Shown here: positions 58,742-64,000 of the stretch, piece by piece
How the letters are laid out: every line of letters starts with the position of its first letter
Numbering within the stretch: the first letter of the stretch is position 1
Assembly: GCA_001783335.1 (NCBI GenBank)
Contig: MFLU01000010.1
Span: forward strand, 30,122-94,121
DNA: 64,000 nucleotides
Direction: 5' to 3'
Source: Candidatus Kaiserbacteria bacterium RIFCSPLOWO2_01_FULL_50_24
GTDB lineage: Bacteria; Patescibacteriota; Minisyncoccia; Phycocordibacterales; UBA2100
Notes under the pieces: generated by a model
The model's database searches: none
What the model was told of the DNA's origin: nothing
Seen by the model: only the letters and a program-made list of their open reading frames with translations
Program-made: the position numbers and the translations under genes

Positions 58742-59260
58742 CTACTCTGGAGGGGGCTTGGCGCCGTGGCCGGTGCCGCGAACGTGCACGGGATCGGTGA
58801 GCTCACGAGACATGCGGTATGCACGTCCAAAGCCCTCCACGTAAAATGCCTCGAGCGGTTCAAGACAAAACAGAACAAAATCGGGAAGCGGCCGTATGCG
58901 CGCAAACGCCTCGCCAAACGTGTTCTCAAATTGCCCAATCGCCTCATTCCATTCGGGTGTCTGGCGCGGTATCTCGAGCACGAAACATGAAAATGTAATG
59001 CGCCTGCGCGCAAACAGATTCTCGGCGCTCGCCTCGTTCTCTATTACGAGTATGCTTGCGTCTCCCGTCATGCGAAGGTCTGCCGTGTGGCGCGAAAGTT
59101 CGCTTGTGTAAACGTAAAAATCTTTACCTTTTCGCACAAACGGCGCATAACTTGCCGTTGGCGTGCCTCCTACAGTGGACGTGGCAAGCTGAAGCGTCTT
59201 TTTTGACGCAAGCAGTTTTTGCGCCCGCGCCTCTATCTGACTCTTGATGTCGTCTTGCAT
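58742..59260 (-). CDS. HugZ/HutZ-like pyridoxamine 5'-phosphate oxidase-fold protein
   Basis: LQLAT, ASYAPF, S.L..H, FARRR, GFGRAY. Confidence 0.85.
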   Translation of the reverse strand: MQDDIKSQIEARAQKLLASKKTLQLATSTVGGTPTASYAPFVRKGKDFYVYTSELSRHTADLRMTGDASILVIENEASAENLFARRRITFSCFVLEIPRQTPEWNEAIGQFENTFGEAFARIRPLPDFVLFCLEPLEAFYVEGFGRAYRMSRELTDPVHVRGTGHGAKPPPE

Positions 59261-59342
59261 TAATGCCTCCTTCTTGCTCCGAAAAGTACAATATCACAAA
59301 AGAATAGAGGTGCACAGTACTTAAACATAAGACAACTTAGAG

Positions 59343-59382
59343 AAACACACTCTCAATATCTTAAGATATTGAGAGTGTGTTT
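59343..59382. repeat. perfect 40-bp palindrome
   Basis: AAACACACTCTCAATATCTT|AAGATATTGAGAGTGTGTTT. Confidence 0.8.
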
Positions 59383-59385
59383 ACT

Positions 59386-59525
59386 GGCGACATAGAGCGA
59401 GTGAAATGAAAATGTACTCATTTGCATTTCCGAGCCGAGCCCACACACTTACTTTTGGTTTTCGCTTTGCGCGTTCTGGCAAGCCAAAACAAACCGAAAG
59501 TAAGTGTGTGGGCCGCGGAGGGAGA
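59386..59525 (+). repeat. structured element homologous to 41590-41698
   Basis: Same junction motifs with different stem-loops. Confidence 0.65.
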
Positions 59526-59873
59526 CAACCGGTGTTTAACGCCCCGTGGTCTCGCAATGCGCCGGTTTACGCGTCATTTTTTCTGCCACCACTACACCAT
59601 AATATAACGACACTACACATCTGAGCCGGTCGGCCCAGATGTGTAGTGTGTGGTTCGGTGACTATGCAGGCAAAGGAATTGACGAGTAGACAGATATGCA
59701 CGGCCTATACTGACAGCCTATACCAGAACAACTCACTTTCGAAATCGTCGCGTGTTATTCTTGTGAAAGAGAAAGATAATGGATTGTTGTGGTTGTAATC
59801 ACCGGGTTGATCGTGGGGATATTCATTGTGAACTGAAAGAGCGTACCGGCACTGCAGTGCCGGTCTTTTTTTG

Positions 59874-60470
59874 TCAGATGCCTTTTCTTCCGAGTGCGCG
59901 GACTTTTAGAAGCCAACGTTTTCTTTTTTCTTCCGGCACGTATTCCGCAGAACCGAACCACGTTAAGCGCGTGGCAAAACCGGCAAACCACAAAATCCCC
60001 CATCGCAGTTGCGTGTTCGCGCCCCCCGGTAAAAGTCGCACGATAAGCTGTGGCGTGCCGCTTGTCACGATGATACGTGCGGTTTTTCCGCGGTAGAGTC
60101 GGTGCCAAAAAATAGTGCTTGCGCCGTGCTTTGTTTTTATGTAGCGAAATGACGAGCCGGGAAGCCACGCGCGATCAAATAATCCTTTTGCCTTTGCGGG
60201 AAGACCATACCACCAAATAGGGTGCACGATAACGAAATGGTCGCACTCGCCAACATATTTCTGAAATTTCACCAAATCCGATTCCAGGTCTTGGACTGCC
60301 CGGTATCCTTGCTCGAGGTTCGCGTCAAACTGCATATCGCTGACATTCATTCTGTTCACCGTGTGCCCCGCTTCGTGAGCCGCCGATTCATACGCATCAG
60401 CGAGTTCGCAACACATGCCGTTTTTGTCGGGATGCGCGAGTAGAATAAAAATGTTTTTAACTGCGGCCAT
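59874..60470 (-). CDS. NAD(P)H-dependent oxidoreductase (flavodoxin-2 family)
   Basis: AHP, PIWWYGLPA..KG.FDR. Confidence 0.9.
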   Translation of the reverse strand: MAAVKNIFILLAHPDKNGMCCELADAYESAAHEAGHTVNRMNVSDMQFDANLEQGYRAVQDLESDLVKFQKYVGECDHFVIVHPIWWYGLPAKAKGLFDRAWLPGSSFRYIKTKHGASTIFWHRLYRGKTARIIVTSGTPQLIVRLLPGGANTQLRWGILWFAGFATRLTWFGSAEYVPEEKRKRWLLKVRALGRKGI

Positions 60471-60506
60471 TGTGTTCTATTGTACCTGCGATACCAGAAA
60501 ACACAA

Positions 60507-60671
60507 CCCGCACACTTACTCTGGCATTGCTTTTAATTCTGCCGACCGAACCATGTTGGTAGAGCGATTTTTATGAGATAACACAAGGTCAAGCACTGAA
60601 TATGTTGAAAAAGCAGAATAATGCCAAAGTAAGTGTGCGGGAAAGACACCAAGCGCAAGTAAGTGTGCGGG
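60507..60671. repeat. CCCRCACACTTACT/AGTAAGTGTGYGGG inverted-repeat element
   Basis: Same termini as 59440-59512, with an extra right arm at 60658-60671. Confidence 0.65.
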
Positions 60672-60968
60672 CTACGCGCGACAGGAAGCAAGAAAGCAGA
60701 GCGCCTGCACGTTGTCCTCACTCATTTGACGCGTTGGGCGCTTCGCGCCACATGTTGTGCATCGGTGAATAATGCGGTAGGTTGGACTCGAGCCCTCCAC
60801 GCGCGTTGGTTCCATCAAACCACCGCACTTGTTTGCCCTATCGCCGGGTTCGTTGTCCACATGTTTACTCCATAAACAACGCGGACAGTGATTGGTATAG
60901 CCGTTCCCCTTTACATCAAGACCACACCTATCACACGCGAAATCTTCAACTTGTTTTATGAAAACCAT
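60672..60968 (-). CDS. RNHCP domain protein
   Basis: F.C..CG, NHCPRCLWSKHVD..PGDR…CGG.M. Confidence 0.9.
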   Translation of the reverse strand: MVFIKQVEDFACDRCGLDVKGNGYTNHCPRCLWSKHVDNEPGDRANKCGGLMEPTRVEGSSPTYRIIHRCTTCGAKRPTRQMSEDNVQALCFLASCRA

Positions 60969-60978
60969 AGGTATAAGC

Positions 60979-61118
60979 AAATCCAAATTTCAAAGCTCAA
61001 ATGTCAAATAAAATCCAAAACTTAAATATCAAAAAGCCTGCGGTACAAAGAATTGTATGTGTTTAGTCATTTGGATTTTGGGCTTGGTTTGAACTTTGGA
61101 TTTTGTCATTTGGATTTA
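60979..61118. repeat. family A heptamer inverted-repeat element, copy 2
   Basis: Arms near-identical to 590-762; loop differs. Confidence 0.85.
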
Positions 61119-61144
61119 AACTATTTGAACTTCTTGGTATGCAT

Positions 61145-62938
61145 TCACCGCACAATGACACTTGTCTCTTTTGTAACCATTTCCCCTCCTGCAACTTTAC
61201 ACCGAAATACAAACGTATGCTCTCCGGGAGCGAGGTCAGAGGTCTGAATTACCTTGTTAGAGCTCTCCTTGCTCTCGGAGATGCGCGCAATACCTTCGTC
61301 CGGTTTTTTGTGACCAACCTCGCATGTCACGTTGGGAAACGCCGTGCCAACACTTGTCCATGACACAAGTATCGGATCTCCTTTGTCCAATTCCTCTGAT
61401 TGCGTGATTATCAAAAGTATCGGCTTAAACTGTTGAGGAGTAGCGGGCAGCGCTATGTCGCCACTTTTCGGCACAACGCCAGGCACCGACCACAGAATGG
61501 GACCCACGCTTCGGCTTTGGGGCGGAGCATATTGTGGCTGTTGCGGCGACGCGTTACTGCTGCCGTATGGGTTTCCGATAGCAAAAGGACTTTGTGGAAC
61601 TGGGGGAGATGTGTATGTGTAACCATTGCTCGTATCTGGAATCGGACTCTGTACGTATTTATTGTACGAGCCAGAAGGCGATACCGTACCTTTGAAAAGT
61701 GCAGAAAACCTTGCTTCATATCCATTTACCCCTGTGCCAAGCTGATCACCCGGGCACCGCTTATACACACAACCCGGCCCCGCAAACCACGCGCGTGCCG
61801 CTCCACTCGGTCCATACTGAGCCATGTATTCGCCAAATTGATGCTCAAATACACGCTCTTGCATTTCTGGACTGTCTACAAATTGCTGGGGTGTCATACA
61901 TTGACCAACTTCGCACGTCCATTGGCGAACGTTTACTCCCATAACTTGGTACTTCCCATACGCCCTATCGCCCGTTCTCGTTATGGACCCGAGCTTGTAA
62001 TAATTGCAACCGCTTTCGGGAAAACAGATCGCATATTTTGCACGGTCCATATCCGAGAGTTCGCTTTGAGTAATGCTTGCGGGAGCATTCTGGTTGAACC
62101 CCGTGGCGCTCGGCACGCCGACATATGGAGTGTTTGGATCGCCGGAGGCGGCAACTGTGGAGTCTTGTTTTATTTCATCACTGATTCTCCCCACGTTCGA
62201 AATCACCTCATCGTTGAGCTTTAGTTCCCGCGCGATACTTTCCGCTCCAGTCTTGTTTCCTTCTGCCATCGCACGAAGCATATCTGATGCTCGATTGGGA
62301 TTGGATGCGATAACCTCGTTGGCATTCGCGACCCCCATAGTGCGCAATTGCTCGGCAAGTTGTTGCCTTCCCGCATCGGTGGAGGGATCGGCCGGAAGTG
62401 TTAGGGCGTTGAAGAGGCCGCGCGTTGAAGGGCCCTCTGCGATTACTTGCGCAAGACTCGGCGCTTGCTCCCGCGCAAGCGCTTCCAGTGACGATACGCT
62501 TTCTGAATCAATGGAGGCGCGGAATGCTTGATTTAATTTATTCTTGTCGCATTTTGATACAGTGATTTTCTTGGAGTCGGAAGAGTTTTTCAAAATAATG
62601 ACCACGCGCGGTGGGATTTGTCCCTTCGCACAACCATATTTTTCCTTGTCCGCTTCGGTACGGCATTCGCGTGTCGTCTGTATGCTCAAAGTAGAACTCA
62701 GCACTCTTTGGGTCAAAGTTATCTCTTCATCTGAACAAAGATCTGCACAGCTTACTTGCCTTTCGGCCTGTCCCTTTACGGCATCTTTTGATGTCAGCGT
62801 AACAGTTTGGCCTGATTTAAGGCATTGCGGTTCGGCGGCATATACAAATACAAAGGGTGCGCCAACACCAATAACGAACAAAGCCATCAACGCGCCCGAA
62901 AGTCGCATAGCTACCATTGTAGCAAGAATATGCTGCAT
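61145..62938 (-). CDS. secreted Cys-rich protein with a lysozyme/transglycosylase-like domain
   Basis: Signal peptide; ES…Y…AYGKYQ…W…P..Q…A.AW.AG; Pro-rich linker; start codon uncertain. Confidence 0.7.
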   Translation of the reverse strand: MQHILATMVAMRLSGALMALFVIGVGAPFVFVYAAEPQCLKSGQTVTLTSKDAVKGQAERQVSCADLCSDEEITLTQRVLSSTLSIQTTRECRTEADKEKYGCAKGQIPPRVVIILKNSSDSKKITVSKCDKNKLNQAFRASIDSESVSSLEALAREQAPSLAQVIAEGPSTRGLFNALTLPADPSTDAGRQQLAEQLRTMGVANANEVIASNPNRASDMLRAMAEGNKTGAESIARELKLNDEVISNVGRISDEIKQDSTVAASGDPNTPYVGVPSATGFNQNAPASITQSELSDMDRAKYAICFPESGCNYYKLGSITRTGDRAYGKYQVMGVNVRQWTCEVGQCMTPQQFVDSPEMQERVFEHQFGEYMAQYGPSGAARAWFAGPGCVYKRCPGDQLGTGVNGYEARFSALFKGTVSPSGSYNKYVQSPIPDTSNGYTYTSPPVPQSPFAIGNPYGSSNASPQQPQYAPPQSRSVGPILWSVPGVVPKSGDIALPATPQQFKPILLIITQSEELDKGDPILVSWTSVGTAFPNVTCEVGHKKPDEGIARISESKESSNKVIQTSDLAPGEHTFVFRCKVAGGEMVTKETSVIVR

Positions 62939-63186
62939 TAAAGCAATACTGTGGCTGTATTTCCGGAAAACTCCAGGACGCCAGAGCGTACTGGAAATTC
63001 CCGCGGCTCTTCGGACTGTGTGCGCACAGTGATAGTGCCGCCATTAAGCGTCGTTACGAGTGGCTCGTGGTGAGGAAGTACGGTTAACTCCCCATCTGAC
63101 CCGGGAAAAGTTGCGGAGAGCGCCACGCCGTCAAAGAGCGTCTCTCCGACGGAGGCGATAATTATGTGAAAAGTGTTCGCGCTCAT
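62938..63186 (-). CDS. atpC: ATP synthase epsilon subunit (N-terminal domain only)
   Basis: PG.DGELTVLPHHEP, SGVLE; follows atpD. Confidence 0.9.
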   Translation of the reverse strand: MSANTFHIIIASVGETLFDGVALSATFPGSDGELTVLPHHEPLVTTLNGGTITVRTQSEEPREFPVRSGVLEFSGNTATVLL

Positions 63187-63268
63187 AGATTCACGATTTA
63201 GGACATATGATTAAAGAATTTTTATTCATAAATCTTAAATCGTACCTCTTGAATCTCCACCAACGAGT

Positions 63269-64000
<732 letters not shown>

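Noticed and set aside
59385-59470. Minus-strand tRNA ending in CCA
   Set aside because: No matching acceptor 5' strand or T-loop; better explained by the junction motif.
590-61118. CRISPR array or DGR interpretation of the repeats
   Set aside because: The repeats are dispersed inverted elements, not direct repeats with unique spacers. No cas or reverse transcriptase gene and no TR/VR pair is visible.

Overview
A mostly housekeeping window from a small-genome bacterium using the standard code. The short AlaRS, non-discriminating AspRS, truncated AtpC, DUF5671/RNHCP proteins and lack of Shine-Dalgarno sites on core genes point to Patescibacteria/CPR (Parcubacteria-like); this taxonomy is inferred. 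Core content: mltG, mnmA, six aminoacyl-tRNA synthetases, the infA-rpmJ-rpsMKD-rpoA-rplQ-rplM-rpsI cluster, grpE-dnaK-dnaJ, scpAB, mraY-ftsW-murG, rpmA, rplI, ychF and atpDC. Main unusual elements: (1) a four-gene cassette (acyl-CoA ligase, Acg-type nitroreductase, ThiF/Rv1355c-type adenylase, 7TM histidine kinase) that looks like a small-molecule make-and-sense system; (2) an HUH tyrosine transposase with three 21-bp palindromes, two of which bracket an oligoendopeptidase gene; (3) several families of heptamer-periodic inverted-repeat elements, both intergenic and inserted in frame into mnmA, leuS and an M23 peptidase signal peptide; (4) candidate structured RNAs; (5) a Nudix domain inside LeuRS, a PurC-PurE fusion and a tryptophanase-like lyase. 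No tRNA, rRNA or CRISPR array was seen. All assignments are by eye from motifs; no searches were run.
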